DNA of 64,000 nucleotides from the human T2T-CHM13v2.0 reference genome, Homo sapiens. Below, piece after piece: positions 29,555 through 44,184 of the stretch. The translations under genes were made by a program, and so were the position numbers. Numbering within the stretch: position 1 is the first letter of the stretch; each line of letters opens with the position of its first letter. The DNA is taken from the NCBI RefSeq assembly GCF_009914755.1, contig NC_060929.1. One strand, 5' to 3'. Below the pieces are notes generated by a model. It was not told where the DNA came from and searched no databases. It worked only from the letters and a program-made list of their open reading frames with translations.

Positions 29555-31639
29555 AATGTAGAGAAAGATGGTGAAAAAGAAAACTAATAGACAAATTAGC
29601 AATATTCTATTAACTCTGCTTTGGTTTTTCCACTAAAAGAAGTGAGAGTGAGCCTTACATTGGGGCAAACTGCACAATGTCTTTAACATCCCAGCCTCCT
29701 GTCACCATTTTAAGTCTAAAAAGGCATATGCCAACTCGCTTATTGCACCATTTGATAGGTGAACTCTATAGGGGAGATAACAGAAAGAAAAACAGGCTTC
29801 TGAAAAAACTGTTAAGATGAAAGCAAAGCTTATTCATAATTTTTTATGCATTGGTCATCACAGTTACATCATGCATTGGCACAGCATCTTGTTATTCTGG
29901 CCAGGTAAGCCAGTCAAGTGCGGAATATTAATTTATTTGAGTGGGTTTGTGTCAGAGATGCTCTGGAAGAAACAGAGGTGTTGGTTTGCTGTCTTGGCAT
30001 ATACCTTCCAAAAGAAATCACTAAGTACATGATTTTGGTATTAAACCAATAATATTGCATTACAATTCTTTGTGAACAAACCATGCATTCTTCCATTTGA
30101 TTGAACTTATTAAAATATAAAAACATATTAGTGCAACCCCCCTAAAAAAGAACATAAACCTTAAAAAATAAGGAAGCATTGGCAAATTTGCTAGCACCCC
30201 AAGAAACAATTGAGTAAGACTTGATCTACTGGAAAATGGCATGATTTCAGATTCACTAGTTGGACACCTTCCAGAAGGAAGGCATCATAATGCTCCACCA
30301 ATTCAGGTAATAATAGTACATATAGATACATGATAGATCACCTTAAGTGCCAAAAATACTTAACTATCTGAATTGTCGAAAGTTTATTGAAGTAACTAAT
30401 CTATGTGGAAGCATCCTTAAAAGTAATAAGCCTTATTTGTATAAGTTTGATTTTTCATATCACTGAAACCACCTATTAAGTATTTGCTATGTGCAGAAAG
30501 TAATATTAGGCACTGGGTTCACCACGGCTTATGACAACATCTTCCACATCCTCACTAAATCACATGAACCCTTAACTTTTCTAGAGACCTCTCACTTGCT
30601 TTAATCAGCACTCATTTTTCTCTAGACCTACTGGAGAGCTATCATAATTGTTGTTTTCTTTAACATTATCATGTAATTTCCTCACTCTGTCTCAGTTTAT
30701 AGTTTTATTTAAGTGGGAGATTGGTTAGAAGAGTAGGTACATGTTTGACAATATCTTTCTGTCTTACCTGTTTAATAACACCTTGTCTGGATATAGAATT
30801 CTAGATTGAAAATAATTTTCTCCCAGATACTTAAAGACTTGACTCCATTCCTTCAAGCATTTATCAAAACTATATCTTTCCCCAAACATAGGTTTAATTT
30901 CTTTAGTGAAAAGATAAAGAACTTTACATTAAGATAAATAAAAATGGCCCAAAATCTATGCGTGTGTTCAAGGGGTGGGAGGCAAGAAATGGATGATGAT
31001 TCATGGAGGTATAGGACTGACTTTAAATTAAAATTCCTTCCAATATCCTGACCTATTGCTCAACTACATTCTCCATTATAACTTCTGACTCCAACTCCAA
31101 ATGTCTCAAAGATTCCACTGTACAGATTGGCCCCCATTTCTTTTGCAGACTCAGTTGTAGCATATCTCCGAATGTGATTTTATCTCCTTGTGTCAGTCTG
31201 TATTCTTCCTCCCCTTGTCTTTCAACTCTTAAAAAGTTTAGTGTCTGTTCTGTCTTAACGAGTTCCTTGCATTTGTTTCCTTTTGTTTTATAGATGTATT
31301 CCTTTACTCACTTTGATTCTTTAATTGTTTTGGACTCAGGAGCAACAGAAAGCCCACATGTGTTATCTTATCCCTCCTGCTGAACCATGAACGTTTATCT
31401 TACAATGTGTATTTTCTTCAATCATTTGAATTGGACTTATATAACATTGAAAGTATTTATATAACTCAAATCCATTAACTGCATGTTTGAGCTTCATACA
31501 CTTGTATTCCAAGATAAATTTGAAATCACTTTGACAGTCCCTCTCCAATTCATAAAATTATGTTGGACTGCTGTTACTGAGTTAATTAATAAATTGATTT
31601 GTGTCTATCATTATTTTTTCAAAAACTTAATTTACCTCA

Positions 31640-32200
31640 CATTCAATCTTTCCTTCCTTGAAAATATGGTCCACTTGGCATCCAGAATTATCATTTTACA
31701 ATTCAAACCTGATCATGTGATTTCCTGCTTGAACTTTCACTAGACATTCAAGAAATCTTTACGAAGCCCATATTCTTGGCCTGGCATTAAAGGTCCTTTG
31801 TGATGTGGTCTCTGTACTACCATTTTATTCTCATCTCTCACCCTTGTTCTGTAGGTATTCCAAGCTTAAGGCAAACAAAACTTGTCATAGTACCCTTTAA
31901 CATGATTGATCAGAGTCTGCATTTGTTTACATGCTATTCTCTCCTGGTATACTACCTTCCATCCTATCCATTTTCTGACTGATGACCTTATTCATACTCA
32001 AATGTTGCTTCCTCAGGAAAGACTTTTTTGGCCTCTCCAAGGAGAAAATTAAGCGCTTACTCCAATAGGGGCTTGCCCTTAACTCTGTAAAAGTGTTTAA
32101 TGCATTGCTATAATTACAGGTTTATGTGTCTGTGTTCTTACTAGATAGTGAGCCCTAGAGGTCAAGAATTGTATTCACAAAACATGCACTTAACACGTTT
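31640..32200 (+). mobile_element. degenerate L2
   Basis: ctgatcatgtga...actcaaatgttgcttcctcaggaaag...ctagatagtgagccctagagg. Confidence 0.55.
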
Positions 32201-32204
32201 ACAA

Positions 32205-32403
32205 ATTAGAAGAAAGTAAAAGAACGGAGGAAAAGGGGAAAGACAAGATGGAGGGAGGAAGGGAAGGAGGAAGGGAGGGAGGGAGGGATGGAGGGAGGGA
32301 GGAAAGGAAAGAAGGAAGGAAGGAAGGAAGGAAGGAGGAAAGAAAGAAAAGAAGGAAAGAAGGAAAGGGGGGAGGGAGGGAGGGAGAAAGGAGAGAGGGG
32401 GGA
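32205..32403 (+). repeat. (GGAA/GGGA)n polypurine tract, about 200 bp
   Basis: directly visible. Confidence 0.92.
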
Positions 32404-33399
32404 GATCCCAGTTCAGAAACATTTGGTATGACTATATATTGTTTCCAAATACTCTTTGTGACTATAGAATAGGGCCTCTAATCTGAAAAGAATACTTATC
32501 ACATGTCTGTAATAAAGTAAATTTATATACACATTTCATTTGTAATTTGAATACCCATTCATTCCAGAATACCTGTCATCTTTTGTTACATCCTTCATCA
32601 CATCACAATATCCATGTAGTCTTTGTCATCATTGTGGTCTGTCCTCATTTGAGCTCTTAATTACAAAAATTTCATTCTCTGGTCACATCTTTTTTGTGTG
32701 TCTAGCTTTTAGTTGTCATTGTCTTACTCTCTCTGAACTGTTTTTTAATTGTTGAAAATGCCTAACCTTTACAGAGTTCTACTTTCTCCTGCTCTCTTTT
32801 CCTTGCTCATCATCACTTTTTTCCATATCCAGTCAGACACAAAGATCCATTATTTCAACCAGTATCTTATCAAAATTTTCAATACTCTTCTCCTCTGTTG
32901 TATTCTTATGGTAATATTTTGTTCCAATATTAACTGACTGTCCATTTTCTAAGTTCTATACATAAGCTTCTATATATCTCGAGAGAACCTTACAACTGCA
33001 CAACTACTTCATGGTTTTAACATCAACTATGTTTCCTATACTGTCTAGTGATATTGGCGTATTTCTAGATAGCATGCATATATTCTCCAGTGCAGCTAGT
33101 TAAAAAACTTACCCAGATTTTCCAAAATCTATCATACTAAGCCTGCTTACCTCAATCATGAGAATACACTTAACTTTCAATTTTATTGAGAAAACATTGT
33201 CATTTACAAATATCTACACTTACCCTTTCTTCTTACACTGGTGCATGATGTGTCTCTTTTTCTCTCTGATGCCTCACCTATGTCTCTTTTTCTCTGTGAT
33301 GCCTCACCTATTTTTTTTCTTTTTTTTTCTTCCTATATAATCAGTGACATTGCTTCATTAATTACCTCCTGTCTTCTTCCTAGGACTCTATGTCTGTTT

Positions 33400-34590
33400 T
33401 TCCTCACCATCATTTAAGCATGCTTAAATCTTTCCTATATTAGAAAATTATGTTGACCTGGTATTCCTCTCAATCCTCTTTACTAATGTCTAATTTTCTT
33501 CTCAAACACTGAAAAGTTACCTACATCTTCTTCACTTTTTATCATGCATTCAACTTTTAAACATCTTGTAACCTGGCGTTTCCTATCTGTCATCTGAAAA
33601 CATCCACGATAAAATTTTCATATACTGCTGTTGCTAAATCCAATTAAAAATTTGTAAGCCACATTTGGTTGACCTCTAGGCACATTAATTTATAATATAC
33701 TCTTTGATACTGCTTTCTTGGTTTCTGAAATGCAAGTTTCTTTCTTGCTTCTGATTTAATTCCATTTTGTTTGTCATTCATATTGAGTATCCTCAAAATG
33801 TTCACTCTCAGATCTCTCTAGTTCCACCCTACACATTTTAGTTGAGGGAAATCTTCCACATCCATAGCTTTCCATTTTTACTTATAATCAAGGCACTCCA
33901 TAACCTTGACCTTTAATGAAGCAAAATTTCTTAATTCTAAAACCCACAATCAAGTCAATCTGAAGATGTCCAAAATTATATTAATCTCTCTCACACTCTA
34001 CTTCCCTATTTCATCCTCTACATAGTATAATACACATTGATCCTGCAAGTAGCTTATCATGAGGATAATGCTAGACTTACTCAGTTCCCTTGACATCCAC
34101 ATTTAATTGGTGACTAAGTTCTATAAATCTCTCTCTGTAAAAATTTTTAAACTGTAAATTCCCTACTTTGGACAATTATCATCTCTCACTTGAGTTTTTT
34201 CAAAACCTCCTAAATTATTTTCATCTATCTAGATTTTCCCTCACTTATCCTGCAATTGGAGATTTCTTTCTAAAACATAAGTATGATGATGCCACCATCC
34301 TGGTTAAAAATCAACAATATTTCATTAAATTTAAGACAAAGGGCAAGCTCTTCAGTTTAACATATAAGACTCTTCATGATGTAGTCACTGCTTTCTTGCC
34401 AAGCTTCATCTACTTCTCAGTTTTTTAGCCTACATATTTATTTTCTTTTGGTCATTTTACTTGAAAAAGGTATAATTCACTCCTCCAACTATGGGTTATA
34501 CAATCATTATCATCAGTAAAATATAAACTTGTGGATGGGAAGGATCATATCTTAATGTCTTGGTATCTCAAGGACTTTTAGCACATGTTA
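33400..34590 (+). mobile_element. degenerate L2 fragments
   Basis: ttgctaaatccaat...ctaaaacataagtatgatgatgccac...catataagactcttcatgat. Confidence 0.5.
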
Positions 34591-35899
34591 TTTAGAACGA
34601 GAATAAAAGGGACACATTTTGAATGCGGAAAGAAAGGGAAAATGAATGAATAAAATCTATAACCTGTTAACATTAATTCATTTTTATTTAAAATAAACAG
34701 CACAAAAAGATTGAATTCAAAGTGTCACCTAGTTTAAAATAACCTGTATATCTTTTGAAAACCTGAATGATTTTGGTGAGATATTTATTTTTGCTGTCAA
34801 TTCTCATAGAAACTAATTGAAATCTGTTTCTTCATTGTTTATCAATAATGTAATAGTGAACTGAATTATGAGTATATAAAATAAACTAGTGATTAAGTAA
34901 ATTTTGATTATACATAATGAGTATATGAAAGCAGTGTTAATTTATGGTTATTGTCACATGTTCTACAATCATAAAATTGTTGTTACTGGAGGAACTTGGT
35001 TTCTGTGCTCTAAATGCATGCTATGCTAGCAGAATTTTTAAAATATTGATGGATTGGAGGTATTGTTTTTATTATGACACAGACTATTTTGAGCTTTTGA
35101 GACTATTTTGAATTATTCAAAAATATTAGTCTCCATTGATATTGGATCTGACAACATAAAACCCTCTGTATTTTAAGGAGTTCCAGATCCATTATCAATT
35201 TGAGCTAATGGGCTAACTCTGTAATGGAAAACTTTGACTGTGCCAAAATTGACTCTAAAAAATGAGATCTGAATGTATTCCTATTGAATTGCCATGATTT
35301 AACTTAATAGAATTCAGTATTTCTGACAAGTTCTAAATGGAGGCGTCCAAAAGGTTACTATCATTATTATCTGGGCTTTCACCCAGCATTTAAACTCACA
35401 AATCACTGTCATGTTTTCTGCTAAATTCAGCATTGATTCTGGCCTCCACATTATTATTTTTTTCTTTTGGTATGTTTATGTAGCATGAGAGTTAAGAGAA
35501 GATAGTATTTTATATTATGTTTAGCATTTATTTAGAGAGAAAAAATGCACTTTTAGTTTGAGTCTAACAACAGAAAAACGTTTTAATACGTCTACATCTA
35601 TATTTACATTTCTGTCAACCTCTTTTTCTAAGTCTCTTCAAAAAGAATCAGCATTTCCTAAAAGACACAGATATATCCAAGAGGCCAATTTCTGAGTTGC
35701 ATATACAGAATAACATAGACGATAGAACTTTTAGCATTACATTTTAAATGAAAATATTTTACAAAGCATATTTTAAAATCATAGGTGAGAGTAGCTATAG
35801 GACAATATTTTTACAATTAGAGAGAGGTAAAAGCATTCTCAAGGTTTCCATAGATGTGGTCAATGCCACAAAGCTCTTCTGAGGATTTTAGAATCCTAA

Positions 35900-36203
35900 A
35901 ACCCTCTCTCTTTCACTCTCTCTCTCTGTCGTGTGAGGATGCAGCAAGAAGGCAGGCAAGCCTCTGCAAACTGGTAAGAGAGCCCTCACCAGATACTTCA
36001 TCTGCTGGCATCTCATATCTTGGACTTTCCAGCCTCCAGAACTGTAAGAAATCACTATGCATTGTTTAAGCCACCCCAGTCTATGATATGGTGTTAAGCC
36101 ACCCAGTCCATGATACAGCCTCCAGAACTGTAAGAAATCACTATCTGTTGTTTAAGCCACCCAGTCTATGATATTGTTTAAGTAGCCCAAGAAAACTAAG
36201 ACA
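35900..36203 (+). mobile_element. MLT1-type MaLR LTR 3' part with internal duplication
   Basis: tgtgaggatgcagcaagaaggc...cagcctccagaactgtaagaaat...ttaagccacccagtctatg...actaagaca. Confidence 0.8.
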
Positions 36204-36467
36204 AGGGAGGCATCAATTTACTGTTGGATTTCTTGACCTTTTTTTCACCTTACTATAATTTTATCCAGCTTCTTTAAAAACTTAGGTCTCAGCATGGCCT
36301 TTAATTCCTCCTGAAAACCTTCCCTGCATGCTTTGGGATTGTATTGGAAATCCCTTCCTTATATGTTCCCAAAGCTTCCTTTGTTTTATTTTAGCATTTA
36401 TCATGCTGGGGCATAATTGCCTGTTTATTTGTCTGCCCTCTTCATTAGACTATATGCCCTTTATATA

Positions 36468-36645
36468 CAGGCTGAGGATCTCTAATATGAAAATCTGAAA
36501 TGCTCCAAAATCCAAAACATTTTGAGCACTGCCATGATGCCACAAGTGAAAAATTCTGCACGAGTACTTAATGCAAACTTTGTTTCATGCACAAAATTAA
36601 TTAATATATTGCATAAAGTTACCTTCAGGCTATGTGGATAAGGCT
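36468..36645 (+). mobile_element. Tigger4 (MER46-type) DNA transposon fragment
   Basis: TA|caggctgag...aaatctgaaatgctccaaaatccaaaac...taccttcaggctatgtg. Confidence 0.75.
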
Positions 36646-37735
36646 AAGTAAAGGATTAATAAATAATTGTGGAATTAAAAATAATAATTTAAATAAATCT
36701 GCAATAAAATAAATCTAGCAAATTGTGCTCCATATTATTCCAAAGATACATTTATATCACCCCAAGGCATACGTAGATGAGTTGTTACAATTACATCAGG
36801 ACATAATTTCAAAATCCTAACACCTAGTATAAATCAGCACTGTGTCACTGACAACACTTTGTATTATACCATGATTTCTCAAACTAACTAAAGTATTTGT
36901 TCCAGAAACAGAAAACTTCCATGTTTCATCACTTTATCAAGAAGGTCTGGGATTCAACCAAAAAAAAAATAGAGGTGAAGGGTAGACTATGATTATCTTA
37001 ACAACATTGCTCAAGTTTAAGAGACTAACACATTGTTCAGTAAGTAAATATTGAGGAAGACAATATAATCATTCAGAATGGTGATCTAAAGTTTTTCTAC
37101 AGAAGAAATATCACAAACTAAAGTACCTAAAAATGTGCGTTGAGAAATAATAGATAAAAGCCAGTATGAGCACGTTTAAAGTCAAAGGCAGGTTTTCTTC
37201 AAAATAGGAGAGAATAAAGGTCAGGGAAAAAAATAGCTCATAGTTTTATTGGTGAGCAGGTCCGGAAACCTGGTAATATGTGTTTGTAAAGATAACATAG
37301 ACAATAAATAAATGAGGGAAGAAGATAAATTATTCAAAGAAGAATTTAGAAAAGGAAGCATAAGATAAATTCTTTGAAAAACAACAATAACATTTTAGTC
37401 AAACATATTTTAAGTTAAATAACATAAGTAATGTGCAAAAATGTATTGCAAATATATAAGGAAAACACTAACACCCAAATAGAAAATAATGTAAAGGGCA
37501 TAACATGTCTCACTAAAGAAAAAATAAGCCAATAAAAGTATAAATGGTATTCAACCTCTGCATAAAACAAAATTTTAAAACAAGCTTTAAAATGAATGGT
37601 TTTTAATGAGATACCATTTTTCTACAAGCATAGTGGTTAACTTGGACTATATTATTCTGTTGAGAACGCAGAAAAAAAGACACTCATTCACTATTGGTTA
37701 AAACATAAATTATATAAAATGACAATAATACATCA

Positions 37736-37903
<168 letters not shown>

Positions 37904-38582
37904 TCATATACTTTGAAATAGCAAATTAAAAAGTAAAAGCCAGCTTTGTGAAAATACTCAGAACTGTGGCCAAATAATGTACATAGGGTGCTCAGGGTAA
38001 ATCAGTGAAAAAAACAGAGATTTCTACTATTGTAAAAATGAAGAAGTTTACATTCTATTGGGAAAAGGGGCATAGACAATAGACAGTAAACAAAATAAAT
38101 ATATTAATTATGTAGAATGTTAGCAGATGCTAAACTTTATGACCACAACAATGTCAAAGCTGAGCAATGTCAGATCAGTTAACACAGATGGCTTGTCCGA
38201 AGAGGAACAAGGGTTTGAGCACCTGCAATACAAAATGGGATTATCAGTACATCAGCACAGGTAGGCCTCATTTTTAAAAAGGTTGGATAAGGTGATAGTT
38301 ATCCGTACTAATTCTGAAAGAAAAGAATCACAGTGAGAGAGATCAACCAATGAATGTAAGGGTCCTAAAGTGATGCATGTCTGGCATATTCAAAAATGCT
38401 AGGCAACCAATGTGGCCAGAACAGAGTAGAAGAAGCTTCCTTAAAACTGAAGCCAGAGAAATATAATGTGTGTGGTGTGTCTGTGTAGATTTTGTGCAGC
38501 AATACGAAAACCTTACTAGTGAGTAAAAGTTAGCTAAGAACAATGAGGAATAAGTAAAAGTAATAAAGAATAAGCTGAAGAA

Positions 38583-39035
<453 letters not shown>

Positions 39036-41519
39036 TTATATTGGAAGCTTGAACTATGAATGATTTTAGAAGCCTTATTTAGGAAAGTAACAATATTATC
39101 TCATGGGTTTTGAATAGGGAATGAAATGGCTAAGTTTTAATTTTAGGAATACCATCCCTTTAACTACATTGAATAATTAATTGTAAAGGAGAAAACATAG
39201 CTAAGATGGAACTGACTCCAAATTGTTGTTGGAATAGTTCAAGCTTCAGATAATGATAAGCTGATGCTGTGGCAGAAGAAATAAAAGGCAATTGAAGAAA
39301 CAGAACTGACAATACTTGATGATGAACTGGATGCAGAAGACAAAGAGAAGGAAAGAGGCACAGTGGCTCCTAGGTTTCTAATTGTGGTATTTAGGTAGGT
39401 GGAAGCATTCAACACTCAATATAGGAAATACAAAGCCATTTTAAGAGGAAGAAGAACAGGATTTCAGTTTTGGACACTCTAAGTGGGTCACAGCTTAACC
39501 CATTGGAAATATCCTGTAGGCAGTTACATACACGTATATCATGTCCAAAATTATAGAATAAAAAGCAAAAGTTCTCCTCTTTATAGTTGTCTTATATTTT
39601 TAACTAATCATTTCACATACCATTTCTTCTCCTAATATATTCTGGAAATCAATGACAGAATCAAAAACAGATTAAGCTTTCCATAAAAATCTCTGATCAA
39701 ATAATCTCTTACACAAAAACTTCTAATGACTTACCATTTTCTCTGGAATTAAGTAAATCATTCTAGCCTATGAGGGGCTCATACTGCCATGCTCGATGTG
39801 CTGAAATAAGCTCTTCAACGTACTCCTTGCTTATGACAGAGTTATTTGCATATACTCAAATATACCTACCCATGGTTTATACATTTCCACATTTTTTTTA
39901 GTGAAAGTCCACATCACCAAATTGCATTTATTATAAACCTGCTCATTCTTCTACATCTAGCAACCTTTTCCATGAAGCTAATTCTAATACAAAAGTTATC
40001 AGTGGTTTCTCTCCTGACACCCCATGCTTCCATTCTGTAGTTTTCATAAGCTGGTTTGTGTTATTGTTTTAATTAAGTATTTTATATGTTTCTCTAAGTT
40101 TTAATAACTTGACATAACTCTAGCTTTTAATACATATTTTTTAAATAACAATTGCAATAAGTAGATAGAGCAACATATCCACTGAAAACTCATTAAGTTT
40201 GAGCATTTGAATGTCAGCTGGAAGAGATGGCATTTATATAAAAGGCTGTCAGCCTTCAAAAAAGAAAGGGTGGGCATATCAGAGCTAATGGCTTGTTCTG
40301 AGATTGAGACACTCAAATGAGAAGGGAGGACAGAGATCATATCTTAACTCATGAACAATGACTGAAATGGAAATTAAAATAACTAGGAAGGTCAAGAATA
40401 AATGTCCCGGGACAATAAATATGTTTTTAAACTTGAGTCTGATTCTATTCAATGTTATTAACAACATGTTTTCTACTTTAGTCCCTGATCATTTTTCCAG
40501 AGTCAGTAGACTGTAAGAAACCTACAAAGGAAAACAATTAAGAGAGATCATCAATATTATAAATACTGGATTAAATACCTCATTTGGTAGGATCCTAATA
40601 CAATTAGAAAGTGTGTAAATAGTTCTTGTAATATAACTAGCATCTTTCAAACACTATGTCATATGAATTTTGAAAATTATAATTCTACACATTCAGAAAG
40701 CCCTAACCTAGTAGTTCCATTATTCGAATGCTAGAATGTAAGGCTTAGAGTTTAAATAATGTTTGTTTCATGGCAGAGAATAGAACAGAATCACCATTGC
40801 TATACTGCCTTACTAGGGACTAACAGTTCAGTAAAAGCTACATGAAGCCTACATTTTAAAAAGGTGAAGAGAGATTCTGTAAATAGGAAAGCAAAACACA
40901 TTCTGGCATTGACTTATTAAGAGACCTACAGAAGAATAATTAAAGCCATGCACTGGCAGAAGAGAATTTGGCATCAATGGCTGCTGATATCTCTCATGAA
41001 CACCAACAAGGATGTATATACCACGTTTTCTTCCTGTCAGGAAACAGAGATTTAAAGAACCTGGATCTCACTGATTCTTCTAATCTTGGTTTCAAACTAG
41101 ATATGAATCTCATTATATATGGCTCCTTTGCATTTTTTCATGATTTGGGCGATGGAAACTAAGAAGGCAATGGATGCAGAATGAATTAAGAAGATAGGAT
41201 CAAACCTAAAAAGGACTGGTGAGAAGCTGACATAGTTTGGAAAGAAATGAGAACTGATTTCAGTTGTGACTGAAAGTTGTGGTTAGACTAGTGACTGGAG
41301 GACTGATGAATGGAAAGGAACGTGTACTCTGACATAGCAGCTGAAGCTACAATGAAAGGAAATAATCTGGTATGTTGACAGATGATCTAGAGTGAATAGT
41401 GAGATGAAGACTTTCTTGGTGGTATGTGTCTGGGACAGACTGGCTTTCCTCTCTCGCTCCATACCACATGCACCTATTCCCTTTCCCTTTTGTAATCTTT
41501 TTCTTTTCCATGATGCCAC

Positions 41520-41770
41520 TTATGGCAGAGTCAAAGGAACATAGCTTTGAAGTCAGATCCAGGTATGAATTTACCTTTGTCTACTACCAACTGTAATTTT
41601 GAGAGGTTTACTCTCAGTCTCTGTTTTCCTCATTTATAAAATGGGGATGACAAAATATCTATTTCAGAGGGTTGTATTGAGGATAAACTGAAATCCTAAA
41701 AGAAAAACAAACAAAAAAACAAACAAAAACAAATGTAGTTGGGTATGTGATAGGTGTTCAGTAAATGATC
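41520..41770 (+). mobile_element. MIR
   Basis: gctttgaagtcaga...ctcagtctctgttttcctcatttataaaatggggatga. Confidence 0.7.
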
Positions 41771-42344
41771 TTGGTGAGGCTTGTTTTCATTTTCCTTTCA
41801 ATTGCCAATCTGTTTCCTTTTGGTCTTGTTACCAGTTATCTGATAAATTAAACTCTGACTCCACTATTATAAAAAACCTGGAAACGATTAAACCAGAAAG
41901 AAGACAAAGGCTGGGTGTGAGTTTAAAGGATTTCAGAAATTTGCTGATCTTCTGTGTGCTTCAATGTCAGGAATTAGAAGGTAGGCAGGTTCACAAACAG
42001 TGGCAGCACCAACAGTGGCAGGGAAAGGGGCTTCATGCCCTCAACTCACAATATCCACCTGTCCAATTCTTTCATGTGGACTAGAGGTATATTCTCAACC
42101 TCACGTAAAGTGTAGCTTCCAACACTATGTATGCTTCCCTCCCCTTTCAAGAGATTGATCCCCTTAACATCCTGGAGTTGTCACAGTTTAGAACAAAAAA
42201 TGAAAGAAAGAAAAATAGCAAAAAGACTTTCCACAGCAAGACATCTGGGGGACTATCAATAAATGTAATATAGTTGAGACACCTCCAAAACGATTTCTGA
42301 GCCTCTCCCAGCCCCGTGGAACCAGAATTTCTGAAAGCTGTATT

Positions 42345-43826
42345 GTTTTTTTAAATTTCAACTTTTGTTTTAGATACAGGGGGTACATGTGCAGGTTTGT
42401 TACATTGGAATATTTCATGGTGCTAAGGCTTGGAATATGAATCCCGTCACCCAGGTAGTGAGCACAATACCTATAGGTAGTTTTCAACCCGCCCCTCTTC
42501 CTCCCTCTACCCTCTAGTCCACAGGGCCTATTGTTTGCACATTTATGTTCATGTGTGCTCAATATTTAGCTCCCACTTGTAAGTGAGAACATGTAGTATT
42601 TGTTTTTCCATTCCTGTGTTAATTTGCTTAGAATTATAGCCTCCAGCCCCAACTATGTTGCTGCAAAACATATGATTTCATTTCTTTTAAATGGCAATAT
42701 AGTATTCTATGGTGTATATGTACCACATTTTCCTTATTCAGTCTAACATTGATGTGCATAAGGGTTGATTCCATGTCTTTGCTATTGTAAATAGCACAGC
42801 AATGAACATACGAGTGCATCTGTCTTTTTGGTACAATAATTTATTTTCTTTGGGGTATATACCCAGCGGTGGGATAGCTGAGTTGAATGGTAGCTCTGTT
42901 TTAAGGTCTTTGAGGAATCTGCAGATTGCTTTCCACAGTGGCTGGACTAATTTACATTCCCACCAATAATGTATAAGCGCTACCCTTTTTCCATAGCTTT
43001 GCCAGCATCTTTTGTTTTCTGACTTTCTAATAATAGCCATTCTGACTGGTGTGATATCTCACACAGTATTCTGAGTGGTATTCATTGTGGTCTTGACTTG
43101 CATTTCTCTCATGATTAGTGATGTTGAATTTTTTTTCATGTGTGTTGGCTACTTGTACATCTTCTTTTGAGAAGTTCATGTAGTTTGCCCATTTTTAAAA
43201 TGGGGTTATTTGATTTTTGCTTGTTGATTTGTTTAAGTTCCCTGTAGATTCTGGATATTAAGGCTTTGTCGGATGCATAGTTTCGAATATGTTCTCCCAT
43301 TCTGAAGGTTGTCTGTTTACTTTGTTGACGGCTTCTTTTGTTGTTCAGAAGCTCTTTAGTTTAATTAGGTCCCACTTGTTTATTTTTGCTTTTGCTGCAG
43401 TTGTTTTGGGGGCTTAGCCAAAGATTATTTGCCAAGCTGATGTTGAGAAGAGTACTTCCTAGGTTTTCTGCCATGATTTTTGTAGTGTGAAGTCTTATAT
43501 TTAAATCTTTAATCCATTTTGAGTTAATTTCTGTATATGATGAAAGGTAGGAGTCCAGCTTCAATTTTCTGCATATGGCTAGCCAGTTATCCTAGCACTA
43601 TATACTGAATGGGGAGTCTTTTCTCATTGCTTATTTTTGTTGGCCTTGTTGAAAATCAGACGTTTGTAGGTGTGCAACTTTATTTCCAAGTTTTCGATTC
43701 TGTTCTGTTGGTCTATGTGCCTGTTTTTGTACCAATATCAAACTCATTTGGTTATTGTGGCTTTAAAATATAGTTTGAAATTGGGTAGTGTGATGCCTCT
43801 GGCTTTGTTCTTTCTGCTTAGGGTAG
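42345..43826 (-). mobile_element. 5'-truncated older L1 (L1PB/late L1PA-type), ORF2 C-terminus plus 3'UTR
   Basis: ORF2-like translations ([11 protein letters not shown]...CTRMFIA); perfect 13-bp TSD tgaaagctgtatt at 42332-42344 and 43827-43839. Confidence 0.9.
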
Positions 43827-43890
43827 TGAAAGCTGTATTTTAAACAAATCCCCATTACATTTTTCTGCAAAATAAAGACTCTAAAAACTT

Positions 43891-44184
43891 GGCCAGGCTC
43901 AGTGGCTCATGCCTGTAATCCCATCACTTTGGGAGGCTGAGGCGGGCAGATCACAAGGTCAGGAGATTGAGACCATCCTGGCTAACACGGTGAAACCTGC
44001 TTCTACTAAAAAAAATACAAAAAAATTAGCCAGGCGTGGTGATAGGTGCCTGTAGTCCCAGCTACTTGGAGGCTGGGGCAGCAGAATGGTGTGAACCCGG
44101 GAGGTGGAGCTTGCAGTAAGCCAAGATTGTGCCACTGCACTCCAGCCTGGGCAACAGAGCAAGACGCCATCTTAAAAAAAAAAA
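43891..44184 (+). mobile_element. AluY/AluSc8-like
   Basis: gagaccatcctggctaacacggtgaaac, gaatggtgtgaacccgggag, agcttgcag. Confidence 0.9.

Noticed and set aside
32162-32472. Pro/Ser/Phe-rich and Gly/Arg/Glu-rich ORFs
   Set aside because: They are translations of the GGAA simple repeat.
36030-36174. Repeat-spacer-like pattern suggesting CRISPR
   Set aside because: Eukaryotic LTR duplication with no unique spacers and no cas genes.
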